Below are positions 51,222-61,399 of a stretch of DNA of 64,000 nucleotides, piece after piece. Each line of letters starts with the position of its first letter. Positions within the stretch are counted from its first letter, which is position 1. The DNA lies in assembly GCA_963835455.1 (NCBI GenBank), contig CAWIFT010000006.1, forward strand, positions 204,503 through 268,502, written 5' to 3'. A model generated the notes under the pieces. That model saw only the letters and a list, made by a program, of their open reading frames with translations, made no database searches and was not told the DNA's origin. A program made the position numbers and the translations under genes. This DNA comes from an uncultured Actinomycetes bacterium. GTDB lineage: Bacteria > Actinomycetota > Acidimicrobiia > IMCC26256 > PALSA-610.

Positions 51222-52634
51222 ATGGACCAGTACGACCGCCTCTCTTCGCTCGACGCGAGCTTCCTGCACCTGGAACGGCCCGAGTATCCGATGCACGTCG
51301 GCGCGGTGAGCGTGCTCGAGGGCGCGCCGTTCTTCAACGCCGAGGGGCGGTTCCGGATCGAGGAAGTGCGGGACCTCGTGCTTTCGCGCCTGCCGTTGCT
51401 GCCCCGGTTCCGGCGCAAGCTGATGTCGGTGCCGTACGACCAGGGGCGGCCGATCTGGGTCGACGACGATCGCTTCGACATCACCTACCACGTACGCCAC
51501 ACCGCGCTGCCCCGGCCCGGGTCGTGGGAACAACTCGTCGCGCTCACGACCCGGGTGCAGGAAGGGCTGCTCGACCGGGAGCACCCCCTCTGGGAGATCT
51601 GGTTGATCGAAGGGGTGGAGGGCGGGAACGTCGCGCTCCTGCAGAAGACGCACCACGCCCTCGTCGACGGCGTGTCGGGCGTCGACGTGGCGACGCTGCT
51701 CCTCGACATGAGTCCCCACTACGTGAAGCCGGTCGTCGCCGAGTGGACACCGGAGCCCGCGCCGAGCGCGTCGCAGCTCCTGCTCGACACGCTGCGGGAG
51801 CGGATGACCGAACCCGCGGAGATCGTGCGCTCGTTCCGATCGTTCATGCGCGGCCCGCGCCACGCGGTCGAACGCGTGCACGAGTTCCTGCGTTCGATGA
51901 GCACGCTGGTGACGCGCGACGCGATCGCACCCCGCACCTCGATCAACGCGCACACCGGTCGCCACCGTCGGCTCGCCGTGGTCCGGGTTCCGCTGAGCGA
52001 CGTCAAGGAGATCCGGCGCGGTCTCGGCGGCACCGTCAACGACGTGGTGCTCGCCGGCGTGTCCGGCGGGCTGCGCCGCCTGCTCCTGCACCGTGGCGAC
52101 GACACCGACGACCTGCACCTGCGCGCGCTCTGTCCGGTCTCGGTGCGGGCCGAACATCAACACGGCGCGCTCGGGAACAAGGTCTCGGCGATGTTCGTCA
52201 ACCTGCCCGTCGACAACCGGCCCGCGGTCGAGCGCCTTCACGCGATCTCCGCGCAGACCGCCGATCTGAAGGAACGCCGCCAGGCCGTCGGCGCCGAGAT
52301 GCTGCTCGGGATGACGGAGTACGTCGCGCCGACGCTCATGAGCCTGGCCGCGCGGGTCGTGCACCGCCAACCGTTCTTCAACCTGATCGTGACGAACGTC
52401 CCCGGCCCGCAGCAGCCGCTCTACATGATGGGCGCGCGGATGCTGGACGTGTTCCCGATCGTGCCGTTGACCCAGAACCTGTCCGTCGTCGTCGGCATCT
52501 TGTCGTACGACGGCACACTGCACTTCGGGCTGTGGGGTGACCGTGACGCGTGCGCCGACATCGAGGTGCTCGCCCGCGGCATCGAGGACGCGTTCACCGA
52601 ACTCGTGAAGATCGCACAGGAGCGGGGGCACTGA
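51222..52634 (+). CDS. wax ester synthase / diacylglycerol acyltransferase (WS/DGAT)
   Basis: ATG at 51222 gives 470 aa, with LSSLDASFLHLE and the catalytic motif HHALVDGVSG. Confidence 0.88.
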   Translation: MDQYDRLSSLDASFLHLERPEYPMHVGAVSVLEGAPFFNAEGRFRIEEVRDLVLSRLPLLPRFRRKLMSVPYDQGRPIWVDDDRFDITYHVRHTALPRPGSWEQLVALTTRVQEGLLDREHPLWEIWLIEGVEGGNVALLQKTHHALVDGVSGVDVATLLLDMSPHYVKPVVAEWTPEPAPSASQLLLDTLRERMTEPAEIVRSFRSFMRGPRHAVERVHEFLRSMSTLVTRDAIAPRTSINAHTGRHRRLAVVRVPLSDVKEIRRGLGGTVNDVVLAGVSGGLRRLLLHRGDDTDDLHLRALCPVSVRAEHQHGALGNKVSAMFVNLPVDNRPAVERLHAISAQTADLKERRQAVGAEMLLGMTEYVAPTLMSLAARVVHRQPFFNLIVTNVPGPQQPLYMMGARMLDVFPIVPLTQNLSVVVGILSYDGTLHFGLWGDRDACADIEVLARGIEDAFTELVKIAQERGH

Positions 52635-54058
52635 TGACCGAGATATGGGAACACGACGCGTGGGAACTCGCCGACGCGGTTCGACGCGGTGAGCAGCGCT
52701 CGACGGACCTGCTCGACGTGTTCGTCGAGCGGATCGAGAAGTTCAACCCGGAACTGAACGCGTTCTGCTTCCTCGACCTCGAGGGCGCGCGGGCGCGCGC
52801 CGCGGCCGTCGACGCCGCGGTCGTGCGCGGCGAGGACCCGGGACTCTGGGCCGGTGTGCCGATGGGCGTGAAGGAGCTCGTCGAGGTGGCGGGCTGGCCC
52901 GACACCCACGGATCGCTGCTCTTTCGCGATGCCGTCGGAGCGCGCGACGAGACCGAACCGACCCGGTTGAAGGCCGCGGGGGCGGTGCTGGTCGGTCTGA
53001 CGACGTCGCCCGAGTTCGGTTCGACCAACTGGACGCGCACCTACCTGCACGGCACGACGCGCAACCCGTGGAACCCGGAACGCACCCCCGGGGGCTCGTC
53101 CGGTGGTTCGGCGGCGGCGGTCGCCTCGGGAATGATGCCGATCTGCACCGGCAGCGACGGCGGCGGCTCGATCCGCATCCCGTCGTCGTACAGCGGACTC
53201 TTCGGCTTCAAGACCAGCTTCGGTCGGGTCGGCTACAGCGGCAACTTCGACAGCGCACTCACGTCGGTGCCCGGTCCGATGTGCCGCTCCGTTCGGGACG
53301 CGGCGCGTTACGTCGACGTGGTCGCGGGCCCGACGAACAACGACCCCACGTCGTTGCCCCGTCCGGCCCGTTCGTACGAAGAGGCGATCGTCTCCGGCGA
53401 CGCGATCGCGCAACTCCGGGGCAAGCGGGCGGCGTGGTCGTCGACCCTCGGGTTCGCGGTCTGCGATCCCGAGGTCGAAAAGCTCGCGTACGAAGGCGCG
53501 CTCGCGTTGTGCGCGGATGCCGGCATCGAGCTCGTCGACATCGACGTCAACCTGCCGCGCCCCGGGGGCGCGTGGGGCCTGATCTCGTCGCTCGACACCG
53601 CCGCCAACTATCTCGACGTCGCGCGGGACCGCTGGGACGACGTCACGCCGGTCTCGCGCGCGGGGTTGCAGGCCGTCGACCGCATCAACTCCGAGCAGCT
53701 GATGCGTTCGCTGCGCCGCCGGTTCGAGCTGCTCGAAGCCATCGGCGCCGTGTTCGACCAGGTCGATCTGTTGCTGACGCCGACCACCGCGACGACCGCG
53801 TTCGTCGCCGAAGGCCCGCCGCCGCTCGAGATCGGCGGGCAGAAGGTCGGCGGGATGGGCTCGGTGCCGTACACCGCGCCGTTCAACATCTCGGGCATGC
53901 CCGGCGTGAGCATTCCGGTCGGCCTCGCGTCCGACGGCCTGCCCGTCGGTCTGCAAGCGGTCGGCCGCCGCAACGACGAGGAAGCCGTCCTCGCGTGCGG
54001 CGCGATCGCCGAAGCCAACCGCCCCTGGCCCAAGTTCGCCCCCTTCGCCTACGCCTGA
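52634..54058 (+). CDS. amidase (amidase-signature family)
   Basis: ATG at 52634 overlaps the previous stop. Contains PGGSSGGSAAAVASG and GSDGGGSIRIPSS. Confidence 0.88.
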   Translation: MTEIWEHDAWELADAVRRGEQRSTDLLDVFVERIEKFNPELNAFCFLDLEGARARAAAVDAAVVRGEDPGLWAGVPMGVKELVEVAGWPDTHGSLLFRDAVGARDETEPTRLKAAGAVLVGLTTSPEFGSTNWTRTYLHGTTRNPWNPERTPGGSSGGSAAAVASGMMPICTGSDGGGSIRIPSSYSGLFGFKTSFGRVGYSGNFDSALTSVPGPMCRSVRDAARYVDVVAGPTNNDPTSLPRPARSYEEAIVSGDAIAQLRGKRAAWSSTLGFAVCDPEVEKLAYEGALALCADAGIELVDIDVNLPRPGGAWGLISSLDTAANYLDVARDRWDDVTPVSRAGLQAVDRINSEQLMRSLRRRFELLEAIGAVFDQVDLLLTPTTATTAFVAEGPPPLEIGGQKVGGMGSVPYTAPFNISGMPGVSIPVGLASDGLPVGLQAVGRRNDEEAVLACGAIAEANRPWPKFAPFAYA

Positions 54059-54186
54059 GCGCACGTCTGCGCGCACGGGCCGGCGGGAACCATCGTGAAC
54101 CGCCGGCGGGGCGTGCGTGCCTCGGTGTCGGTGACGCGCCCGAAATCACGAGACCGTCGTCGCAAGCGCGTCGCGTAATTCGCGGG

Positions 54187-54244
54187 CTACTACCGGTGGT
54201 AGCACGGGTGGTATCACCGGCGGTACCACCGGTAGTAGCACCGG
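54187..54244. repeat. four tandem 12-bp units with embedded 13-bp inverted repeat
   Basis: The units CGGTGGTAGCAC, GGGTGGTATCAC, CGGCGGTACCAC and CGGTAGTAGCAC span 54194-54241. CTACTACCGGTGG (54187-54199) is the reverse complement of CCACCGGTAGTAG (54226-54238). The array lies about 90 bp upstream of the MBL-fold gene. Confidence 0.85.
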
Positions 54245-54328
54245 AACAATGAGGGTGTGTTGCCGGCGCCTTCCCGAGCTGACCGCAGCCGATCCGGGCG
54301 TACCGGGGCGGGGGATACCCTGCCGGGC

Positions 54329-55504
54329 ATGACCGACACCCAGCCGCGGGCGCGTCCTCCGAGACAGGAGCAGGAGCCCGCGTCGGAGGAGGTCACCGAG
54401 GTCGCGCCGGGCGTGTTGCGCATGCAACTGCCGATCTGGATGCCCGGCCTCGGTCACGTAAACATGTACGGCCTCGTCGACGAGCGCGGGATCGCGGTGG
54501 TCGATCCCGGTCTCCCGGGCCCGCAGTCGTGGAAGGCGTTGAAACAGCGGCTCAAGACCGCGGGCTACAAGGTCAAGGACGTCCACACCGTCGTCGTGAC
54601 CCACTCGCACCCCGATCACTTCGGGGGTGCGGGCCGCATCGCGCGCGAGGCCGACGCGAAGTTGATCACGCACCACGCATTCTCGACGTGGACGGTGAAG
54701 GGTCCGACCCCGCAGCGCGCGCTCTCCGAAGGTGAAGCGCGCCGGCTCGAGATGGACGCGGCCGCGTACGCGCAGAGTGTCGACGTTCCGCCCGACGAGT
54801 TGCCGACCATCAACGATCCCGACGTCGTGCGCGACGACACCGAGGAGACCGAGGCGACGTCGAGCCCGTGGGGCGCGACGACGCCCTGGGGAACGACGAA
54901 TCAGGGCCCGCCGCTCAAGCGCCGCGTGATGATCAAGGCGATGCGGCTCCTGTTCACGCCGCCCGAGCCCACCGACCGCGTGCACCACGGCGAGAAGATC
55001 CGCCTCGGCAACCGTGAGTGGTTCGTCGTTCACACGCCCGGCCACACCGTCGACCACCTGTGCCTCTGGGATCCGGAGTCGGGGACGCTGCTCACCGGCG
55101 ATCACGTGCTCCCGTCGATCACGCCGCACGTCTCCGGCGTGCGCAAAGCCGATTCGTTGAAGTCGTACCTCTCCACGCTCGACCTCGTCGGCGCACTGCC
55201 GGGCGTCACGATGGGCCTGCCCGCGCATGGGCATCCCTTCCCCGACGTCAAGGGCCGGGTCGAGGCGATCAAGGAACATCACGCCGAGCGCATGGAGCAG
55301 TTGCGCGAGGTCGGGCTCGCGCTCGGGCCCGCGACGGTGGTGGCGCTGTCGCATGAGTTGTTCCCGAAGCGCCATTGGGGGACGATGGCGGAGAGCGAGA
55401 CGTTCGCGCACCTCGAACACCTGGCGCACGCGGGCGAGGCCGAACGATGGGAGGAGAACGGCATGCTCGTGTATCGGATGGAACCCACGTCGAGTCCGGC
55501 ATGA
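54329..55504 (+). CDS. MBL-fold metallo-hydrolase
   Basis: ATG at 54329 gives 391 aa. Contains THSHPDHFGG and HTPGHTVDH. An unusually long acidic insert separates these motifs. Confidence 0.8.
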   Translation: MTDTQPRARPPRQEQEPASEEVTEVAPGVLRMQLPIWMPGLGHVNMYGLVDERGIAVVDPGLPGPQSWKALKQRLKTAGYKVKDVHTVVVTHSHPDHFGGAGRIAREADAKLITHHAFSTWTVKGPTPQRALSEGEARRLEMDAAAYAQSVDVPPDELPTINDPDVVRDDTEETEATSSPWGATTPWGTTNQGPPLKRRVMIKAMRLLFTPPEPTDRVHHGEKIRLGNREWFVVHTPGHTVDHLCLWDPESGTLLTGDHVLPSITPHVSGVRKADSLKSYLSTLDLVGALPGVTMGLPAHGHPFPDVKGRVEAIKEHHAERMEQLREVGLALGPATVVALSHELFPKRHWGTMAESETFAHLEHLAHAGEAERWEENGMLVYRMEPTSSPA

Positions 55505-56844
55505 CCGCGACCGACACCGAGGTCGCGAACGAGTCCGTCGATCTCCTCTCACAACTGATCCGCAACGAGTGCGTCAACGACGGCACGCCCGAATCGGGAT
55601 TCGAGTCGCGCAGCGCGGATCTCCTGGCGCAGTACCTCGGTGACAGTGGCCTCGATCTCGAGCGCTACGTCGCGCAACCCGGACGCGAGAATCTCGTCGC
55701 GCGCATCGAAGGCAGCGACCCGACCGCGCCGACGTTGTTGCTCATGGGCCACACCGACGTCGTGCCCGCGAATCCCGACGGCTGGACCCGCGATCCGTTC
55801 GGGGGTGAGGTGATCGACGGCGAGGTGTGGGGGCGCGGCGCGGTCGACATGCTGAACCTCACCGCGACGATGGCGGTCGCGTTCCGCGGGCTCGCGCGTT
55901 CCGGGTTCCGGCCGCGCGGAACCCTCGTGTACCTCGCGGTGGCCGACGAGGAGAACCTCGGCACGTGGGGTGCGGAGCACCTGCTCGACAACGAACGCGA
56001 CTCGGTGCGCGCCGACTACGTCGTCACCGAAGCCGGCGGCTTCCAGATGCCGACCGCGCGGGGCCCTCGGCTCCCGGTGATCGTCGGCGAGAAGGGTTCG
56101 TACTGGTGCCGCATCACGGTGCGGGGAACGCCGGGCCACGCGTCGCAGCCGTTCCGTACCGACAACGCGCTCGTGACCGCGGCCGAGATCGTGAAGCGCC
56201 TCGCGGAGTACCGACCGCCCACGCAGATCCACGAAACGTGGCGCCGTTTCATCGAAGGCGTCGATTTCGGGAACGAGTGGAACGAACATCTGCTCGACGA
56301 GGCGACGCTCGCCGACTTCTGCGACGAGCTGCCGATCGGTCTGGCGCGTCAAGCCCACGCGTGCACGCACACGACGTTCGCGCCGACGGTCATCCACGGT
56401 GGCACCAAGACGAACGTCATCCCCGACGTCGTGCAGGTCGAGGTCGACATCCGCACGCTGCCGGGCCAACGCAGCACCGACATCCGCGCCATGCTCGAGG
56501 ACGCGCTCGGCGACCTGATGGCGTGCACGGAGATCACACCGTTCGACGAGAACGAGTCGACGTCGTCACCGGCCGACACCCCGCTGTGGGACGCGATGGG
56601 CCGGGTCTCGGCGAAGCTCGTCGAAGGTTCCGCGCTCGTGCCGTTCCTCACCGTCGGCGCCACGGACGCACGGTTCTTCCGGCGCAGCGGATCGGTGGCG
56701 TACGGCTTCGGATTGTTCAGCCGCAAGCTGTCGTTCGACGACTACGCATCGATGTTCCACGGCAACGACGAGCGCGTCGACATCGATTCGCTCGTCCTGT
56801 CGACCCGCCTCTGGGAGGGCCTCGCCCGCGACATCCTCGCGTGA
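55501..56844 (+). CDS. M20/M25/M40-family metallopeptidase
   Basis: ATG at 55501 overlaps the MBL stop. Contains LMGHTDVVP, GRGAVDMLN, ADEENLG and GTPGHAS. Confidence 0.85.
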   Translation: MTATDTEVANESVDLLSQLIRNECVNDGTPESGFESRSADLLAQYLGDSGLDLERYVAQPGRENLVARIEGSDPTAPTLLLMGHTDVVPANPDGWTRDPFGGEVIDGEVWGRGAVDMLNLTATMAVAFRGLARSGFRPRGTLVYLAVADEENLGTWGAEHLLDNERDSVRADYVVTEAGGFQMPTARGPRLPVIVGEKGSYWCRITVRGTPGHASQPFRTDNALVTAAEIVKRLAEYRPPTQIHETWRRFIEGVDFGNEWNEHLLDEATLADFCDELPIGLARQAHACTHTTFAPTVIHGGTKTNVIPDVVQVEVDIRTLPGQRSTDIRAMLEDALGDLMACTEITPFDENESTSSPADTPLWDAMGRVSAKLVEGSALVPFLTVGATDARFFRRSGSVAYGFGLFSRKLSFDDYASMFHGNDERVDIDSLVLSTRLWEGLARDILA

Positions 56845-56848
56845 GGAA

Positions 56849-57781
56849 CTACTCCTCGGGTTGGTCGCGGAGGTAGCGCTCGAAGTCTTCGGCGAGGGAT
56901 TCGCCCGACGGCAACTCGTCCTCGTCGAACCAGTCGTCCTCGTCATCATCATCGTCGTCTTCGACCGCGATCTCGTCGTCGGTCTCGAGCCAGCCCGGTC
57001 CGTCGTCCGCGGTGTCGTAACGGTGCTCGAGCCGTTCGACGTAGGAGCTCACGTCGGAGTCGCCCGCAACCACTTCCGAGACCGAGCGTTCCCACGCGCT
57101 CGACGCGATGTCGAGATCGGTGAGATCCAGCCCGAGATCGAGCAGCTCGCTCAACCGGTCGAGCAACGCGCGTGTTGCCTTCGGGTTGGGCGGGGTCGCG
57201 ACGTAGTGCGGCACCGGCGCCCAGATCGATGCCGACGCGAATCCGGCCCGGCGGACGGCATCGTGCAGCACGCCGACGATGCCGGTCGGGCCCTCGTAGC
57301 GGGACCGTTGCATCCCGAGCCGCGCCGCGAGCACCTCGTCGGTGGCCGAGCCGGTGCACTTGATCGGACGCGAGTGCGGCGTGTCGCCGAGCAGCGCACC
57401 GAGTGTCACGATCATCTCGCAGTTCGTCGTGCGCGCGACGCTGATGACGTCGTCGCAGAACGAGCGCCACTTCAGGTTCGGCTCGACGCCGAGGAGGAGT
57501 ACGAGGTCGCGCCCGCCCGCCGGCAGTGAACCGGCGGACAGCGCGAGCGACGGCCAGTTCACCGTCCGCACGATGCCGTCGACGAGCTCGACGGTGGGAC
57601 GCGCGGCCTGGAAGTCGAGATACTCCTCGATGTCGAGGGCCGCGAACGGGCGCGCGTTCGCCACCCGCGCCAGCCAGCGCACGGCATCCGAGGCCGAGTC
57701 GGCCGCGTCGTTCCAACCCGAGAACGCGGCGATCATCGCGGGCCGTCGCAACGTCGGTTCCGCGCTCCAGCGAACGGTCAC
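56849..57781 (-). CDS. PAC2-family (proteasome-assembly-chaperone-like) protein
   Basis: 310 aa with PAMIAAFSGWNDAADSAS, LLLGVEPNLKW, GPTGIVGVL and a highly acidic tail. Confidence 0.7.
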   Translation of the reverse strand: MTVRWSAEPTLRRPAMIAAFSGWNDAADSASDAVRWLARVANARPFAALDIEEYLDFQAARPTVELVDGIVRTVNWPSLALSAGSLPAGGRDLVLLLGVEPNLKWRSFCDDVISVARTTNCEMIVTLGALLGDTPHSRPIKCTGSATDEVLAARLGMQRSRYEGPTGIVGVLHDAVRRAGFASASIWAPVPHYVATPPNPKATRALLDRLSELLDLGLDLTDLDIASSAWERSVSEVVAGDSDVSSYVERLEHRYDTADDGPGWLETDDEIAVEDDDDDDEDDWFDEDELPSGESLAEDFERYLRDQPEE

Positions 57782-57821
57782 CCGCTCACCTTAGGGCCCG
57801 CTGTGCCGTCAACTCTCGCGT

Positions 57822-58481
57822 TCAACTCTCGTGTCGGATGACCGGATTGCTGAGGGTTCCGACGCCCTCGATCGTGATCTCGACGACGTCTCCGTCGACC
57901 AGCCATCTCGGCGGCGTACGCGCGGCCCCGACCCCGGCCGGGGTGCCGGTGAGGATGACGTCGCCGGGCTCGAGCGTGCAGCCCTGCGTGATCCACGCGA
58001 TCAGATACGGGATCGAGAACACGAGTTGCGAGGTATTCGAAGACTGGAGCACCTCGCCGCTGACCTTCGTCTCGATGGCCAGACCGCGCGCGAGGTCGAT
58101 CTCGTCGAGTGACACGACTTCGGGGCCGAGGGGGCAGAAGGTGTCGAACGACTTCGACCAGCTCCACTGACCGGTGGTGTATTGATGGTCGCGGGCCGAG
58201 ACGTCGTGGCCGATGGTCACGCCCGCGACGACGTCGAGCGCGTCGGCTTCGGGCACGTCGCGCGCCCGTTGTCCGATGACGACGGCGAGCTCGCCCTCGT
58301 AGTCGGGCATCGTGACGACGCGGGGGACGACGATCGGCTCACCCGGCGCGATCACCGCGCTCGGGGACTTCACGAACAACGTCGGCGCCTCGGGCAGCGG
58401 CCGGCCGGTCTCCTCCGCGTGATCGCGGTAGTTGAGGCCGACACCCCAGATGAGACGCGGCGCGGGGACGGGTGATCTCAT
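57822..58481 (-). CDS. fumarylacetoacetate hydrolase family protein
   Basis: 219 aa with GVGLNYRDHAEE, DYEGELAVVIG and GDVILTGTPAGVG. Confidence 0.88.
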   Translation of the reverse strand: MRSPVPAPRLIWGVGLNYRDHAEETGRPLPEAPTLFVKSPSAVIAPGEPIVVPRVVTMPDYEGELAVVIGQRARDVPEADALDVVAGVTIGHDVSARDHQYTTGQWSWSKSFDTFCPLGPEVVSLDEIDLARGLAIETKVSGEVLQSSNTSQLVFSIPYLIAWITQGCTLEPGDVILTGTPAGVGAARTPPRWLVDGDVVEITIEGVGTLSNPVIRHES

Positions 58482-59680
58482 GCCAACGCTCCCGATGCGT
58501 GCAGCCGGGCGATCTCGCTCGCGTCGACGCCGAGCTCGCGGAACACCTCGTCGGTGTGTTCACCGACCGCGGGCGCGGCGCGCCGGATCTCGAGGCCCTG
58601 ACCGTCGAACTGCATCGGCGACGACGACAGCCGGGCCTGCGGATGGTTCGGATGGTGCGGCATGTACCCGTTCGCGATCACCTGCGGGTCGTTGATGACC
58701 TCGACCGGGTTCGCGATGGAGGAGTAGATCGTGTCGTGCGCCGACAACCGCTCTTTCAACTCGGCGAGCGGCAACGACGCGATGCGCGCGACGAAGATCG
58801 GGTGCAGTTCCGGCGCGCGTTCCTGGCGTTGCGCCGACGTTGCGTAGTCGGGATTGTCGAGCAGCTCCTCGAGCCCGAGCGCGCGGCATGTCGGCTCCCA
58901 GTGCCGATCGGGGTCGAGCATGTTCAAGCTGATCCACCGTTCGTCCGCGGTGCGAAACGTTCCGACGAGCACACTGCTGAGGCTCTTCCCGGCGACGTGA
59001 CGCGGTGGTTCGACGCCGAGGATCGTGGTCGGGACGAGATCGTTCGACAACGTCCACACCGCCGCGCCGAGCAGCGACACGTCGACGACGGTCGGTTCGC
59101 CCGTGCGCTCGCGCTTGAACAGCGCGGCCGCGACCCCGCCCGCGAGGTACGCGCCGCTGGGCGCGTCGCCCAACGCGCCGCGCGGCTGCACGAGCTGGCC
59201 GCCCTGCGGAGTGAGCATGTGCGCAAGGCCGCCGCGCGCCCAGTAGGACACCGCGTCGAAGCCCCCCTGGTCGGCATCCGGCCCCTCCAGGCCCTGGCCC
59301 GACCCGATCGCGTACACGCACCGTGGGTTGACCGCCCAGATGTCGTCGGGGTCGAGGGCGAGCTTCGTGCGCGCCGACGGCAGGAAGTTCGTGATGAACA
59401 CGTCGGCCCATTCGATCAACCGGTCGAGCGCGGCCCGGCCGTCGGGATTGCGGAGGTCGATCGCGACGCCGCGTTTGTTGCGGTTGAACTGCTCGAACAA
59501 GAAGTTGAAGTCGCCGGTGTCGGTGACGAAGCCCATCGCCATGATCTGGCGCAGCGGATCGCCGGTCGGGCGTTCGACCTTGACCACGTCCGCGCCCCAC
59601 TCCGCGAGGATCGCGGCCGCCGACGGCACGAAGCCGTGCTCGGCCACTTCCAGCACCTTCACGCCGTCCAGCACACCCAT
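58478..59680 (-). CDS. CoA transferase, family III (CaiB/BaiF)
   Basis: 400 aa with GVKVLEVAEHGFVPSAAAILAEWGADVVKVE. Its stop overlaps the next gene's start. Confidence 0.85.
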   Translation of the reverse strand: MGVLDGVKVLEVAEHGFVPSAAAILAEWGADVVKVERPTGDPLRQIMAMGFVTDTGDFNFLFEQFNRNKRGVAIDLRNPDGRAALDRLIEWADVFITNFLPSARTKLALDPDDIWAVNPRCVYAIGSGQGLEGPDADQGGFDAVSYWARGGLAHMLTPQGGQLVQPRGALGDAPSGAYLAGGVAAALFKRERTGEPTVVDVSLLGAAVWTLSNDLVPTTILGVEPPRHVAGKSLSSVLVGTFRTADERWISLNMLDPDRHWEPTCRALGLEELLDNPDYATSAQRQERAPELHPIFVARIASLPLAELKERLSAHDTIYSSIANPVEVINDPQVIANGYMPHHPNHPQARLSSSPMQFDGQGLEIRRAAPAVGEHTDEVFRELGVDASEIARLHASGALA

Positions 59681-59692
59681 GGCGTACCCCTT

Positions 59693-60754
59693 TTAGTTTC
59701 GGAGCGCGGCGATCGACGAGCGCGAGCACTGGTCGAGCGCGCCCTGCACCATGATCTCGACGAGCGAGCCGATGTGGTCGAAGCCTTCCCCGACCGTCTT
59801 GCCCATCAGGTAGCGCGCGTGGATGCCCTCGAGGATGATCGCGAGCTTGTACGCCGCGAGTGCTTCGTAGAAGTCGAGCTGACTCACGTCGCGCCCCGAC
59901 TGCTGCGCGTAGCGCTCCACCACGGCGTCACGCGGCAGGAAGCCGGCATCCGACGAGATGGTCGCGCCGACGTTGCCCGTCTGCGCGTCGTCGCGCACGT
60001 AGTAGAGAAGGTAGAGACCGAGGTCGGCGAGTGGATCGCCGAGCGTCGCCATCTCCCAGTCGAGCACCGCGACGATCCGGCCCGGATCGTCGGGCGCGAG
60101 CATCGTGTTGTCGAGGCGGTAGTCGCCGTGGACGATCGTCGGCGGCGGTGATTTCGGGATCGCGGCGCGGAAACGGCGCGCGAGCTCGTCGACCGCGGGG
60201 AGCTCGCGGGTCTTCGAGCGCTCCCACTGTTCGCCCCAACGTCGGACCTGGCGTTCGACGTACCCGTCGGGATGGCCGAAGTCGGACAGCCCGACCGCGT
60301 GGTAATCGACCGCGTGGATCGCGACGAGCACGTCGATGAGCTCCTCGGAGCAACGCTTCGCCTCGTCGTGCGTCAACGCGGCGATGTCGGCGCCGGTGCG
60401 CAGGATGTTCCCTTCGACGAGCTCCATCACGTAGAAGGGCGCGTCGTTCACGGCCAGGTCGTCGCAGAACCCGATCGTCTTCGGGACCGGCACCGCGGTC
60501 GGGGAGAGCGCGGTGAGCACCTTGTACTCCCGGGCCATGTCGTGCGCCGTCGGCAGGACGTGCCCGAGGGGCGGGCGGCGTAGCACCCATGCGTTCGCGG
60601 CCCCGTCGTTCGCCTCGTGGATCGCGTAGGTGAGATTCGAGCGCCCACCCGAGATGAGCGACGCGGTGAGCGGACCCCCGCTCGCGCCGGAGACGTGCTG
60701 CGCGAACCACGGTTGCAATCGATCGAGGTCTACCCCGGGCGGCGTGTCGGTCAC
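59693..60754 (-). CDS. phosphotransferase (APH/choline-kinase fold)
   Basis: 353 aa with GGRSNLTY, the catalytic loop IVHGDYRLDN and LDWEMATLGDP. Confidence 0.8.
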   Translation of the reverse strand: MTDTPPGVDLDRLQPWFAQHVSGASGGPLTASLISGGRSNLTYAIHEANDGAANAWVLRRPPLGHVLPTAHDMAREYKVLTALSPTAVPVPKTIGFCDDLAVNDAPFYVMELVEGNILRTGADIAALTHDEAKRCSEELIDVLVAIHAVDYHAVGLSDFGHPDGYVERQVRRWGEQWERSKTRELPAVDELARRFRAAIPKSPPPTIVHGDYRLDNTMLAPDDPGRIVAVLDWEMATLGDPLADLGLYLLYYVRDDAQTGNVGATISSDAGFLPRDAVVERYAQQSGRDVSQLDFYEALAAYKLAIILEGIHARYLMGKTVGEGFDHIGSLVEIMVQGALDQCSRSSIAALRN

Positions 60755-60811
60755 GGCCGGGAGGTTACAGAGCCGATGTCAGCCGGGCGCGGGCCCGAAT
60801 GGAGGTGCAGC

Positions 60812-61159
60812 TCAGGCGATGCGGGACTCGCGCGGCGCAACGGGCTCGCCGTTGCCACGCGGGTAGCGGGCGACCCGGCCGACGGGCATGTCGACCCGGA
60901 ACCCCGCGGCGGCGCGCTCTTCCTCGGACTCGGCGCCCCAGAACCCGTACTCCCGATTCGAGCGGGCCCAGTCGCGGCACTCCTGGAGCGCGGGGCACGA
61001 CCGGCAGACCGAGCGGGCCTGCGACTCACGCACCACCCGCGCCTCCGGGCGCTCGCCGGCCGGCGCGAAGAACAGTCGCGTCTGACCCTGGCACGCAGCC
61101 TCGGCGGTCCACGTCAGCGGGCCGGTGAAGATGAAACTGGACATCATTTCGGCGGTCAC
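60812..61159 (-). CDS. WhiB-family transcriptional regulator
   Basis: The four-Cys pattern is AACQG...VCRSCPALQEC, followed by GFWGAESEEER. An internal ATG start is possible. Confidence 0.8.
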   Translation of the reverse strand: MTAEMMSSFIFTGPLTWTAEAACQGQTRLFFAPAGERPEARVVRESQARSVCRSCPALQECRDWARSNREYGFWGAESEEERAAAGFRVDMPVGRVARYPRGNGEPVAPRESRIA

Positions 61160-61399
61160 GAGCTCCCCTTCACGACCGAGGGCTTTCAGCGATAGACGGA
61201 GCTCGGGAGCCGGGCGGGGGGACGCCGGCTCCTCGAGCCCCTGTCGTACAGGTACTAGTGAAGCCGATCACAAGACCATCTGTCAAAGGCTTGGAAACGA
61301 TAGTATCGATCGGTCACGGCGATGGCTGCCGGGAACCGGCCAACCGGGCCGATCCCACCCGGATACGTGCCCTGACCAGGTTGTTTACGGGAGGTCGAC

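Noticed and set aside
54135-54331. A Gly/Thr/Ser-rich frame (ATTGGSTGGITGGTTGSSTGTMRVCCRR...) resembling a RiPP precursor. On the other strand there is a PPV-repeat peptide.
   Set aside because: The G/T-rich part has no ATG, GTG or TTG upstream after the in-frame stop at 54132. No SD and no modification enzymes are nearby. A DNA-level 12-bp repeat explains it better.
61160-61399. A regulatory element in the whiB / lysR-type divergent region, which has a lower-GC stretch and a CGATAGTATCG mini-palindrome.
   Set aside because: Only a 5-bp-arm palindrome is present and I recognise no consensus. This is insufficient evidence for a call.
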